From: a virus
Length of the DNA stretch: 41,281 nucleotides
Virus record (IMG/VR): IMGVR_UViG_3300020215_000037
Span: 1-41,281 of that record
Strand: one strand, 5' to 3'
A program made the position numbers and the translations under genes. Positions 30,299 to 39,515 of the stretch are shown here, piece by piece (within the stretch, counting starts at the first letter, position 1; every line of letters starts with the position of its first letter). The notes below the pieces were generated by a model. The model did not search any database. It had not been told where the DNA came from and saw only the letters and a program-made list of their open reading frames with translations.

Positions 30299-31267
30299 AT
30301 GGCTAATGGTGAACTTAGTACAGACTTGGCGGCGATTCAGGATTATTTCACTGAATCGGCAATGGAAGAGCGGGAATATGATTCTCCTCTTCTGAAGATG
30401 GCGGATAAACCTACGATCCCTGAGGGTCGGAAGGATGTCATGCATGTCTTCCGATGGAGCAAATTAGGGTTTGCGGAGGATGTTGCGGAGGGAGTCGATC
30501 CCGCGACCGATGAGACAATGGCGATGACTGAGTACAAGGTAGAACTCACTGAGTTCTCTAAGGCTCTGAAAATCATCTACTACGCTGACAAACAGCGCCT
30601 CATCAAGAACGCGAAAGAGGCTTATGTCAAAATGCGCGAGCAGGCTGAACGCACTGCGAATCGCAGACTGACCACAGCTATCAACGCTGGAAGCTCGAGC
30701 GGCAATAACTCGTTTACACGCGCACAACGCATGTACGCGAACGGCAAAGACACCTTTGCGGCTCTTACCTCTGACGATTATCTGCGTGAAACAGATATTC
30801 AAGCGGCCATCAGCTACCTGATTAAGCAGGGGCACAAAGGACCGTATCACTGCATCATTAATCCTTGGAGCCGTCAGTCACTCTTTGAGTATGACTCCAG
30901 CTTTAGGGACTTCTCCAAACAAGCCGGTGGCAAGGAAATGCGCACTGGCAAGATTGGGGAATGGGGCGGTGCAACCATCCATCTCATGCACGAGCCCTTC
31001 CGTGAGACCGTCAACGGCACGGAAGACACGCGCGACGACAACGGCCAAATCGTAACCAACTACGTATTCGCCGAAGGGGATACCTACGCGGCCAGTCGAT
31101 TCGGCGGCACTGCAAAAAACGGGGGCTTCGCTCCTGAGTTCTGGATTAATCCATACCTCAGTAAGTCGAAAGCCTACTACTACATCTCCTACCGAATTCC
31201 ATTCGGCGGGATTGTGCTCGATCCAACCAAGATCGTGCAACTCAAAGCGCATTACAACAAGGCCTAA
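30299..31267 (+). CDS. Major capsid protein (HK97 fold, N4 gp56-like pattern)
   Basis: 322 aa. VFRWSKLGFAEDVAEGVDPATDETMAMTEYKVELTEFSKALKI fits the ..EG..P......v..t..e.....i.. pattern of that capsid family. It sits after the scaffold gene. Confidence 0.6.
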   Translation: MANGELSTDLAAIQDYFTESAMEEREYDSPLLKMADKPTIPEGRKDVMHVFRWSKLGFAEDVAEGVDPATDETMAMTEYKVELTEFSKALKIIYYADKQRLIKNAKEAYVKMREQAERTANRRLTTAINAGSSSGNNSFTRAQRMYANGKDTFAALTSDDYLRETDIQAAISYLIKQGHKGPYHCIINPWSRQSLFEYDSSFRDFSKQAGGKEMRTGKIGEWGGATIHLMHEPFRETVNGTEDTRDDNGQIVTNYVFAEGDTYAASRFGGTAKNGGFAPEFWINPYLSKSKAYYYISYRIPFGGIVLDPTKIVQLKAHYNKA

Positions 31268-31293
31268 GCCTTAACTAAGAAGGAAAAAAGAAA

Positions 31294-31884
31294 ATGAAAA
31301 AGTATATCCTTGCAGTAATCGCGTTAGCTGTGGCGCTTGTGTTGCCTCTCCAGGCTGAGTACGTCAATTCGACGTTCTCCAGCTCTGCCGATGGCACCAC
31401 GTCTGCTACGGTGTTCGTCCCGAAAGGAAGTGGATTCGCTCACATTACCGACTTGTCCTATGACTTGGACTCGGCGGTAACTACTGGAACTGTGGACATC
31501 CGGGCGGCTGAGTCGGAGCAATCCATTGCTTCGGCGACGTCGGGAACTGGTACGGTTCTGTGGTTCGATAATGATCCGACTCATGTGTCAGCACAAGAGT
31601 ATGTGATCTTTTTCGATGAAAGTGCCAATGCGTACTTCCTGTACAAATGCACAGCGACGGCGGCGGCTTCGATCACCATTCAGGAGACTGCACCTATTAC
31701 GACTACCTCGGATAAGGTGTATCCCTTGAAAGCCACGGCGCGACGCCATGCAGTCAATGTGATATCAGGCTCCCTCGGGTCCGCTGATATCTGGCTCCCG
31801 TCAGACCTGCCTTCAGCGCTGACGATCGACGGCAATACGACCTCCTGCCGAATCAGCATCAACGGCGTCAAAATCCGAAACTAA
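31294..31884 (+). CDS. Beta-rich protein with Sec-signal-like N-terminus
   Basis: MKKYILAVIALAVALVLPLQA|EY. The rest is Ser/Thr/Ala-rich. Confidence 0.55.
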   Translation: MKKYILAVIALAVALVLPLQAEYVNSTFSSSADGTTSATVFVPKGSGFAHITDLSYDLDSAVTTGTVDIRAAESEQSIASATSGTGTVLWFDNDPTHVSAQEYVIFFDESANAYFLYKCTATAAASITIQETAPITTTSDKVYPLKATARRHAVNVISGSLGSADIWLPSDLPSALTIDGNTTSCRISINGVKIRN

Positions 31885-31944
31885 GGGGTTAATGGGGAGA
31901 GCGGGGAAGGTTCGATTCCTTCTCCGCTCTTTCACTATTTCATT

Positions 31945-32397
31945 ATGAAACGATTTCTTATCGCGGTTCTTTGCCTTGTTGTGGGGATTGCTTCCGCTCA
32001 AGGGCCTGAATCCTTCAGCCTGACCCCGAGCGTAACCTCTCTTGCCGCCAACAGCACCAATTCGACGGCGGGAACGGTTAAGAAGCTTGCCGACGGTGAA
32101 AACAATGTTCGTATCTATCTGACTGCAACAGGGGGCGCGGCGACCACGAACGGGACGCTTGTTGTTAAGTTCATTACTGCAAGCGGTTCGGGGGACACAA
32201 CAAACACCTTTGACACTGCCAGCCTAAGCGAAATCAAGCTCACGATGAGCAGCCTTGGAGCCAATACGTATACTATCAGCGACCGCTTTGTCTTGAGCGG
32301 GGCCAAGTACATCAAGGTAGGGCAAATCGAGAACACGTTTGCGGGCGCTGCAAGTAATTTCGTCATCACGGTTGGCTATCCACTAAAGGACCAATGA
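31945..32397 (+). CDS. Beta-rich protein with Sec-signal-like N-terminus
   Basis: MKRFLIAVLCLVVGIASA|QG. Confidence 0.55.
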   Translation: MKRFLIAVLCLVVGIASAQGPESFSLTPSVTSLAANSTNSTAGTVKKLADGENNVRIYLTATGGAATTNGTLVVKFITASGSGDTTNTFDTASLSEIKLTMSSLGANTYTISDRFVLSGAKYIKVGQIENTFAGAASNFVITVGYPLKDQ

Positions 32398-33173
32398 AAA
32401 TCCCCTCTAAATACGTTTGGCTCGCGCTCTGCCTTGTGGCCTGCGTGTCGTTTGCTGCCTCGGTGAGTGATTTACAGACGGTAGACGGGGAGCAGCGCAA
32501 CAAGGTCCAGGCCATCATTGACACTGAGACTGACGGGATGGTGACGACCACGAGCGGGGATTCTCGGTATGTGAATACTTCGGGCGATACCATGACAGGG
32601 GCTTTGACGATTTCAAACGCGCTTAATATCACTTCAGGTACAACCACGAATGAAACAGCGGTCTTGAACTATCCGGGACTCCGCACGCATTTTACTCCTC
32701 GGCAAATTACGCAACTAAGAGCGGTTTCGGTCAATGCGGGAGCGGTTATTGGAGGCTCCTATTCTCTCCTCGGGACTACGGGGTCTATTCGCTTCCCTGA
32801 AACCGGAGGTAGTCCTTATTACCAATTAGGAATGTCGCTCAATTTTACCCCAGGGCGAAACTATCGGGTCATTTCTACCTTCAGCTACGAAACCAACTAC
32901 ATCAATACTGCCGGGGCTTACGACATTCTCTTCGAGTATCTCTACTCCACCAATCGGCAAGTTGGGGGCTATGTAACGGTTGATTCTTTTTGTCCAACCA
33001 CAATTGCGACCAACAGCACCGGGGGGTCTTTTGTGTGGACAAACACGGTCGTTGTGCCTTCCACGCCTACCTATGGCTTTGAAATTTACATGCTTCGAGC
33101 CACTGCATCCGGAACAGATACCGCTGTAGGTGGACTCTCTGAGGATAAACAAGTCATCGAGGAGATTAAATAA
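32394..33173 (+). CDS. Fibre-like protein with signal/lipobox-like N-terminus
   Basis: MKIPSKYVWLALCLVAC (LVA|C lipobox-like). DSRYVNTSGDTMTGALTI resembles a common tail-fibre motif. Confidence 0.5.
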   Translation: MKIPSKYVWLALCLVACVSFAASVSDLQTVDGEQRNKVQAIIDTETDGMVTTTSGDSRYVNTSGDTMTGALTISNALNITSGTTTNETAVLNYPGLRTHFTPRQITQLRAVSVNAGAVIGGSYSLLGTTGSIRFPETGGSPYYQLGMSLNFTPGRNYRVISTFSYETNYINTAGAYDILFEYLYSTNRQVGGYVTVDSFCPTTIATNSTGGSFVWTNTVVVPSTPTYGFEIYMLRATASGTDTAVGGLSEDKQVIEEIK

Positions 33174-33174
33174 C

Positions 33175-33495
33175 ATGAAAACGTTTTTATTCGTTATGGC
33201 CGGGATTCTTACTTTTTCAGCTGTTACTCTTTCCGCGCAAAAGGCAACAGATGCGCGGGCGTCAAACCCGCCTGTAAATATTAAGGCGCAAGAGGCTCAA
33301 ACTGACTCACGCCCCGTCGCAGTGAGAGATGTTGAGGACAGGCACGACTTTACGAAACTTAAAGCTTTGAAAGCACAAGCGATAGGAGTTGGTGGAGCGG
33401 TAGATCAAGCGGCCCTCGTTGCTTATCTTGAAAACCTCATACTCCTTTCCAAGACCTGCGACCCAAAGCACGTCCTCAAAGAGGTGAATAAGTAA
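33175..33495 (+). CDS. Small protein with Sec-signal-like N-terminus (106 aa)
   Basis: ATG 33175. The N-terminus is MKTFLFVMAGILTFSAVTLSA|QK. Confidence 0.5.
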   Translation: MKTFLFVMAGILTFSAVTLSAQKATDARASNPPVNIKAQEAQTDSRPVAVRDVEDRHDFTKLKALKAQAIGVGGAVDQAALVAYLENLILLSKTCDPKHVLKEVNK

Positions 33496-33498
33496 CTC

Positions 33499-33783
33499 AT
33501 GGAACCTCACCCACAAGGTCCAAGCGAGATCATCGACTTAAAAATCCCTCGCATCCGGTTTACGCCAAAAGTTGCTTTTTGGATGATTACTGGATTGGGG
33601 ACCTTGGGAGTAACTGCTTTCTGGCAGTACAGCGATACGCACAACGCGGAGAAGTTTCTGCCAAGGGCTGAGTATCAGAAAGACCAGGATGCAAGAGCTG
33701 AGTTTCAGAAATCACTCAAAGAGGACGTGAAAGAGATTAAGCAGGACTTAAAAGACTTCATGAAGGAGCAACGCAAGCAATGA
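33499..33783 (+). CDS. Single-TM protein, holin-like candidate
   Basis: TM segment VAFWMITGLGTLGVTAFWQY, followed by a charged C-terminal tail. It precedes the hydrolase gene. Confidence 0.35.
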   Translation: MEPHPQGPSEIIDLKIPRIRFTPKVAFWMITGLGTLGVTAFWQYSDTHNAEKFLPRAEYQKDQDARAEFQKSLKEDVKEIKQDLKDFMKEQRKQ

Positions 33784-33968
33784 TCTGGCTCAAATCCATC
33801 ATGTCCTGGCTCAAGCAGGGCAAGGTTGCCCGATGGGAATCCTCGGACAAAGAGCTTTCCCGTGAGATGGGCGGGGCTCCTCGCGTGGGCTCATTCAGTG
33901 AGCAAAGCGGAGACGGGGAGAAGTACAAGGGTATCAAGATCACTCTTCCACTGCCGGAGAAGCGATGA
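33780..33968 (+). CDS. Hypothetical protein (62 aa)
   Basis: ATGA-coupled at both ends. Confidence 0.4.
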   Translation: MIWLKSIMSWLKQGKVARWESSDKELSREMGGAPRVGSFSEQSGDGEKYKGIKITLPLPEKR

Positions 33969-34570
33969 AACCTCATTACGTCCTAGTAAATGGGATTCGG
34001 ACTAATCCCAATGATGTGAATGGGTGGACGGATCACGCTGAAGAGTGGCTAGAGGATTATGGTTACTCGGCCACGAAGTACGAATACTTTTGCACAAGCG
34101 TTTTTCGATGGGTGAGGCAGCCTTCCCGCTCTCGTAGCGTGGCAGAGATCATCAAGCGTTCGGTGAAGCCTGTTGTGTATGTGGGGCATTCCAACGGATG
34201 TGAGATTCTCGCCAAGATTTTTAGGGAAGACAAGATGGTCAGGATCAAGGACGCCCATCTCTTTGCCCCGGCGGTAGATCCTGATTTTGACGCGAACGGC
34301 TTCAATAAGGCTTTCCGGGATGGACGCATTGAGCGGCTCTTTATTTACGGCAGCAAAGCGGATCATACGCTGAGGATTGGGAATAAACTTACTGGATGGC
34401 TGCGCTTTATCGGCATGGGTTATGGGCACCTTGGATATGAAGGGCCTCGAAATCAATCAGGAGCGGCCATTCTCAGGACTTACGTGCATTGGCAGAACGA
34501 ATTCGCGCACAGCGATTGGTTCAAGCCTCACAATTTTGAAAAGTCCATGAACTTGACGGTGAGGAAATGA
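33965..34570 (+). CDS. Alpha/beta-hydrolase-fold serine esterase/lipase-like protein
   Basis: Nucleophile elbow VVYVGHSNGCEI (G-x-S-x-G). Downstream candidates are Asp (GSKADHT) and His (GYGHLGY). Confidence 0.5.
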   Translation: MKPHYVLVNGIRTNPNDVNGWTDHAEEWLEDYGYSATKYEYFCTSVFRWVRQPSRSRSVAEIIKRSVKPVVYVGHSNGCEILAKIFREDKMVRIKDAHLFAPAVDPDFDANGFNKAFRDGRIERLFIYGSKADHTLRIGNKLTGWLRFIGMGYGHLGYEGPRNQSGAAILRTYVHWQNEFAHSDWFKPHNFEKSMNLTVRK

Positions 34571-34573
34571 GTC

Positions 34574-34708
34574 ATGAGACGCAAAAACAAACCCAATTTT
34601 GGGCGACGAGCAAAAGGGATGGTTCATCAAATTACTTTTAACGCCCTTCTCTTACTCCTCGCCCCTCTCGCTTACCTCTTAACACCAACAGAAGACTATG
34701 AATCCTGA
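34574..34708 (+). CDS. 44-aa basic-N-terminus, single-TM micro-protein (not in the ORF track)
   Basis: Hand translation: MRRKNKPNFGRRAKGMVHQITFNALLLLLAPLAYLLTPTEDYES. Confidence 0.35.
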   Translation: MRRKNKPNFGRRAKGMVHQITFNALLLLLAPLAYLLTPTEDYES

Positions 34709-34717
34709 AAGAAACTT

Positions 34718-34951
34718 ATGATCAACAAACCTAACTGCATTCAAATCCCCGAAGCCCTGAAGGGCCAACTTGAGCCCGAAGGGGAGCTTGAAATCTCCTA
34801 CCGACTCACAGGCGAAGAAGGCAATCAATCCCTCGAAATTACAGGGATTGAAGGCGAGCCCGTTGCTAGCGAGCCCGAAAGCCCAATGTCCCGCATGAAA
34901 AGCCGCATGGGCTACAAAGAGGACGAAATGGATGCGCCGAATATTGCTTAA
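34718..34951 (+). CDS. Acidic small protein (77 aa)
   Basis: Glu/Gly-rich, in late-operon phase. Confidence 0.4.
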   Translation: MINKPNCIQIPEALKGQLEPEGELEISYRLTGEEGNQSLEITGIEGEPVASEPESPMSRMKSRMGYKEDEMDAPNIA

Positions 34952-34955
34952 CTGA

Positions 34956-35678
34956 ATGAGTGATACGCTCGCACAGATGTCGTTGAAGGTGCTTCGCAAC
35001 GCGAAGATTCCCAACAACAACAGTACGCCCGCAAATAATGCGATTACTGATATCAAGCAATATCTTAATCAGCGGGCGAAAAGCGTCTGGGCGCGGCGAT
35101 TATTCCGAGAGTATATCATCCTTGGTTCGAAGTCGGTTTTGGCGTCCATAAAGACGATCACTCTCGGGAGCATCACGATTGAGTCAGGTTTCGATACGGA
35201 TGGAAGAGGGCGTGATGCGGCGTTCTACGAGATCGGAGCCGTAAGAGAGGGCGACAATCCCTTATTGCCTGAGGATATCGGAGCAATTAACAGCGTAGAT
35301 CCTGGTATATGGGCTTCGACGACCGCGCCGGTGCATTTCATCAATCGCGGGCAGAGCGGAATTCATCTCTTGGGAGCCTACAGCGCAAATACCACGCTTA
35401 GCTTCTGGGGGAAGGCTGGCTTTCAGGATCTAGCGGATGCGGAGACGTGGATCTTGGGAGATTCTGATGCGCTGATCGAGGGCGCCACTGCCGATATGTA
35501 CACGTACTGGTGGGAAGATCATGCCACGGCGATGAAGCATGAGGCGAAGTTCGAGAATGCCATCAAGCTCCTTGTGGATGCCCAAGAGGTTCAGGGCGCA
35601 TCGAAGCGAAGGATTATCCCGAAGATGCAAATCGGGCTTTCGTCTCAAGTGAGCTACACGAGCAAGACCGGCGTTTAA
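34956..35678 (+). CDS. Virion structural protein (adaptor/tail candidate)
   Basis: Assigned by position only. Confidence 0.35.
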   Translation: MSDTLAQMSLKVLRNAKIPNNNSTPANNAITDIKQYLNQRAKSVWARRLFREYIILGSKSVLASIKTITLGSITIESGFDTDGRGRDAAFYEIGAVREGDNPLLPEDIGAINSVDPGIWASTTAPVHFINRGQSGIHLLGAYSANTTLSFWGKAGFQDLADAETWILGDSDALIEGATADMYTYWWEDHATAMKHEAKFENAIKLLVDAQEVQGASKRRIIPKMQIGLSSQVSYTSKTGV

Positions 35679-35681
35679 GCC

Positions 35682-37229
35682 ATGCCTGAATACCCCACAG
35701 TCACCTTAAAGTCATTCTCTGGAGGCCAGAGGGATCGGGATCACCCCTCCGAACTCTTGGAGAATCAATATAGCTATGGGCGAAATATTGAGATTCGCTC
35801 GGGAGGGCTTTTTGATAACCGCCGGGGAAGGACTAAAAAAGTCAACTCTCCCGGCGCAAATCCTCAAGGAGCGTGCTGGTTTAGCCCAAGCCCCTCCTCT
35901 TTCTTCGTGATTGAGGTCAATGGAGGCAGGATTTTCAAATGGGAGGGAAGCGCGGCCACGTTCACGGAGATTGACCCTTCTGTTCAGCTTGCGAATACCT
36001 CAAGCCCCGTTTCGTTTGGGATTCTGAATGGGGTCCTCTTCATTTTCTCTGGAAACGCGGATAACGTGCGCTCGTGGGATGGTTCGGCAGCCACGTTGAC
36101 GGATGAGGCCAATACCAACACAGATCCCCCTCTCACGTCAGTGGTAGGGACTCAGGCTAGTAAATTGTTGGCAGGGAAAACCGACACGGCGGGAACTGAT
36201 GATTTTATCTACGTCTCAAGTGTCAATGACGGAAAGACATGGGATAGGACGAATAATAATCGTCGACTTCCAAGTAAGGGAAATGAGGGGCTAACAGCTA
36301 TAGCAATGTACCGCAATGGGACGATTCTCGCGTTCACGAGGAAGACGGCGCATGAGATTGATGTTTCTCCATCTGCGGTAAGTGATTGGACGAGGAACAC
36401 TTTAGACACGGAAATCGGCAGCATTTCGCCATGGGTGACCGTGGTCGGGGATGACGCTTTTTTTATGTCGGCGGACGGACATATCCGGTCCATCAAGCGC
36501 ACGCAATTTGATAAGGCGTTCGGAGTTTCTCAGCCCATTACTTATTGGAATCCCAACCTCGTTGAGAGGATTAAGAAAACCAAGCTAAGCAATACTCGCG
36601 GGGCTTGGTTTGATAATTACCTTCTTGTGGGGGCTTGCCTTGATAACTCCAATTACAACAACGGAGTGATTGTCTTCGACATGCTGCACCAGATTCAAAG
36701 CCCGTCGGGGTTGATTCCTGTCTGCGTGGGAGAGTGGGATAATATGCGGCCTGGGGAATGGATTGTAACGAACTTCAACAGCCGAGAGCAGCTTTACTAC
36801 ATGGACGCTCTCGATGGGGCGCTATATCAGATGTTTTCGGGCGAGGATGATGACGGAGAGACTATTGATTCGGAGGTTCATATGCGCTCGCTGGATTTTG
36901 GAACCCAGAGGCATGACAAGACGGTCCTCGATGGGGAATTGCAGGTTTTGGACACCTACGGAGATGTGACGATCTCCTACGCAAAGGACGACGGGGCCTT
37001 TTCCGAGCTTCAGGAAGAAGCGGTGGGTTCAAGCGGAGCCTCTCTGCCCTTCACTTTGCCTGTAACGCTTGGCTCTGGCGGGGTGCTCGACTTTATTCCG
37101 CTCAGTTTTTACGGCCTTGGCCAGAGTCGATTCTGGCAGCCGAAGATTGAGCACACAAATGGGCTGCTATCGCTTAAGCAGATCACTTTGAGGGCCAAGG
37201 TTCACAACGCTTTAACGAGAGGCTATTAG
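35682..37229 (+). CDS. Virion structural protein (515 aa; tail/nozzle candidate)
   Basis: Assigned by position and size only. Confidence 0.35.
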   Translation: MPEYPTVTLKSFSGGQRDRDHPSELLENQYSYGRNIEIRSGGLFDNRRGRTKKVNSPGANPQGACWFSPSPSSFFVIEVNGGRIFKWEGSAATFTEIDPSVQLANTSSPVSFGILNGVLFIFSGNADNVRSWDGSAATLTDEANTNTDPPLTSVVGTQASKLLAGKTDTAGTDDFIYVSSVNDGKTWDRTNNNRRLPSKGNEGLTAIAMYRNGTILAFTRKTAHEIDVSPSAVSDWTRNTLDTEIGSISPWVTVVGDDAFFMSADGHIRSIKRTQFDKAFGVSQPITYWNPNLVERIKKTKLSNTRGAWFDNYLLVGACLDNSNYNNGVIVFDMLHQIQSPSGLIPVCVGEWDNMRPGEWIVTNFNSREQLYYMDALDGALYQMFSGEDDDGETIDSEVHMRSLDFGTQRHDKTVLDGELQVLDTYGDVTISYAKDDGAFSELQEEAVGSSGASLPFTLPVTLGSGGVLDFIPLSFYGLGQSRFWQPKIEHTNGLLSLKQITLRAKVHNALTRGY

Positions 37230-37230
37230 G

Positions 37231-38175
37231 ATGAATGAGAATAGAAAAACGATGTTTTTGTATGTGTTCCTCGGAGCAATCCTAGGTGGGTTTTTGGCTT
37301 CATGGACGCTCGTGCCAACACCCTCTGTTGACGCGGCTACGGTGACCTCGGGGGTTGCCTTCACGACAAATCAAGTCGTGCAGCATACGCACCTCAACAA
37401 CGCCATTAATAACGCAACGGTTTCCGATATCGTTTCGGGAGATATCACGGATGGAACGATTGCGGCGGCGGACCTTGCGGCTAATTCAGTGACAAGCGTC
37501 AAAATCTTGGATGCAACTGTTACCGGAAGCGATATCGGCTCAAGGACTATCGCGGCTTCTAATATCCAAACGAATGGAGTCACAGAGATCGAGCTTGCAA
37601 CAAATATTACTCTACGTGCAGGAACTTGGAATTTTACGAGCGCCACAGTCACGGCAAATTCGATTGCATCCACAGCCGTAAGCGGTACGACGACGACAGC
37701 CGGGGCAGGGGATAGCGGCAAAATCCCTAAGCTCGATTCTGACGGGAAGCTTGCGGATTCAATGATTCGCGGGAGTTCGCTTCTTAGCTCAAATCGCGCA
37801 AGTGTGGTTTCGTCAGCTTCTGGCTACACATGGACGACGGTAGCATCTCTTACGACGACAGCCACAAACGGAACTGTCATTATTTCTGGGCGGGCTTTGG
37901 CGGCAGTTGGCGATGCTGGAAATACCTTCTTAAGAATTCGCGACGCCTCTTCAAGTGTGACGGCTTCCATAGCCGGCACAGGCTTAGGGGGCGGGAATGC
38001 AACCCCATTTAGCTGCACGCTTACTGATAGCCTTTCGGGCAGCGCCAAAACGTACACCTTTGAACTGGCGAATTCCGGAACAAGCGTTACTTACACCAAT
38101 GCGGCAGCTACAGGCGTTGGCGGAGTGAGTGCGCAGGCCAATCACCTAGGAATGACTCTCATTCAAAACCCATGA
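37231..38175 (+). CDS. Tail-fibre-like protein with hydrophobic signal/anchor-like N-terminus
   Basis: N-terminus MNENRKTMFLYVFLGAILGGFLASWTLVPTPSVDA|A. Repetitive segment DITDGTIAAADLAANSVTSVKILDATVTGSDIGSRTIAASNIQTNGVTEIEL. GDSGKIPKLDSDGKLADSMI resembles a common fibre motif. Confidence 0.5.
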   Translation: MNENRKTMFLYVFLGAILGGFLASWTLVPTPSVDAATVTSGVAFTTNQVVQHTHLNNAINNATVSDIVSGDITDGTIAAADLAANSVTSVKILDATVTGSDIGSRTIAASNIQTNGVTEIELATNITLRAGTWNFTSATVTANSIASTAVSGTTTTAGAGDSGKIPKLDSDGKLADSMIRGSSLLSSNRASVVSSASGYTWTTVASLTTTATNGTVIISGRALAAVGDAGNTFLRIRDASSSVTASIAGTGLGGGNATPFSCTLTDSLSGSAKTYTFELANSGTSVTYTNAAATGVGGVSAQANHLGMTLIQNP

Positions 38176-38591
38176 TCAAGGCTTCTTCAACGGTCAACGT
38201 GATTTCGATGGCTGCCTTTGTTCGGCGGCATCTTCCTTTTATGCTTACGCCAGAGCGCAAGGCTCGGGAGAAGTTTACCAATTGGCTGAGCTGGAGCATG
38301 GGACGCACGAATATTTGCTGCATTCAGGATGGAGGCAAGATTCGGGCTCTTGGAGTGGCTAAGGCCATTGCGAGCACGAATGACGCAGGGATGAGCTACG
38401 CCAGCGACGAAAAAGGGATGATTCTTTATGTGCAACTCGCCATCGCTAAGGACACGGAGGCGTTCAAATCGCTCCTGAGGTATTGCCAGGGTCGATGGCC
38501 CCATTGCACCGAAATCATGTTCAACCGCAAAAAGTACAGAAAACGAGTAATCTACAACTTTAAGAATTTCCTTAGAAAGGCCGGGGTATAA
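38172..38591 (+). CDS. Hypothetical protein (139 aa)
   Basis: ATGA-coupled to the fibre gene. Confidence 0.4.
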   Translation: MIKASSTVNVISMAAFVRRHLPFMLTPERKAREKFTNWLSWSMGRTNICCIQDGGKIRALGVAKAIASTNDAGMSYASDEKGMILYVQLAIAKDTEAFKSLLRYCQGRWPHCTEIMFNRKKYRKRVIYNFKNFLRKAGV

Positions 38592-38593
38592 CA

Positions 38594-39514
38594 ATGGGAG
38601 AAGACGAGATTCCACAATCACCAGAGATGCAGGCAACTCCTGCCGCTCCGACCGTTGGGCAATTGACCTCGGACGCCATGTCCGCGCAAGCCAGTGCCTT
38701 TGATCAAAGCCTTCCGCAGCTTGAGCGGTTTGCTCAGTCGCAGACGGACATTCAGGGAAGACAAGCCCCTCAACTTCTAGAGCAGTTCATTAAAAATCAA
38801 TCGGTAGGCGGCCCTGCTTTGATTGGGTTGGCGCTAGATCGGGTGAAACAAGCAGATCCTAGCGGGTTCGCTCTCCGTGAGTCACTGATGCAGAGGGTTG
38901 CTGAAAATCTTTCCCAAGGCGGTGCGTATTCGGATGCGGAGAAGGCGAGACTCAAGGAGGATTTCCGTCAAGCTCAAGTGAATCGCGGATTCGGCACAGG
39001 TTTAAGCGATGCCCTGGATGAGGCGAACTTCTTGGAGATGAACCGCTTCAACCGCGAACAGGCTAGAATTGCCAACGCCATGCAGGTCTTGAGCGGAAGG
39101 GGCCCAATGGATTCCATGGGGCAAATGCAAGGGCTAACTCCTTTTGGCACTCAGGACGTGAGCGGGATGGCCAGCAACTTGATTCCGAGCACTACAAGCT
39201 TGATGGGCTTCGGGATGGGCGCGGCAGGCATGAATGCGGCGAATATTGCGAACGCCAACAACATGAAGCAGCATCAATTCGAATGGGGGCAGGCCAATAA
39301 GAGCAATCCTCTCAAAGAAGACATTATGTTCGGCCTGGAAGTGGGTAAAGGGGTTGGACAGATCGCCGGAGGAATTGCAGGCGCCGCGATGGGCAACCCG
39401 ATGGCCGGAATGGGGGCTATGGGCGGAGCAAGTAATCTCGCGGGGACGGTGAGTCAGGGAAGCGGAGGGCGAGTCTCACAGCCTACAATGAGCTGGAATC
39501 AACCTTACTACTAA
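38594..39514 (+). CDS. Internal-virion/ejection-like protein with Gly/Met/Ala-rich C-terminus
   Basis: The C-terminus reads MGFGMGAAGMNAANIANANN...GGIAGAAMGNPMAGMGAMGGASNLAG. The call rests on position. Confidence 0.35.
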   Translation: MGEDEIPQSPEMQATPAAPTVGQLTSDAMSAQASAFDQSLPQLERFAQSQTDIQGRQAPQLLEQFIKNQSVGGPALIGLALDRVKQADPSGFALRESLMQRVAENLSQGGAYSDAEKARLKEDFRQAQVNRGFGTGLSDALDEANFLEMNRFNREQARIANAMQVLSGRGPMDSMGQMQGLTPFGTQDVSGMASNLIPSTTSLMGFGMGAAGMNAANIANANNMKQHQFEWGQANKSNPLKEDIMFGLEVGKGVGQIAGGIAGAAMGNPMAGMGAMGGASNLAGTVSQGSGGRVSQPTMSWNQPYY

Positions 39515-39515
39515 T

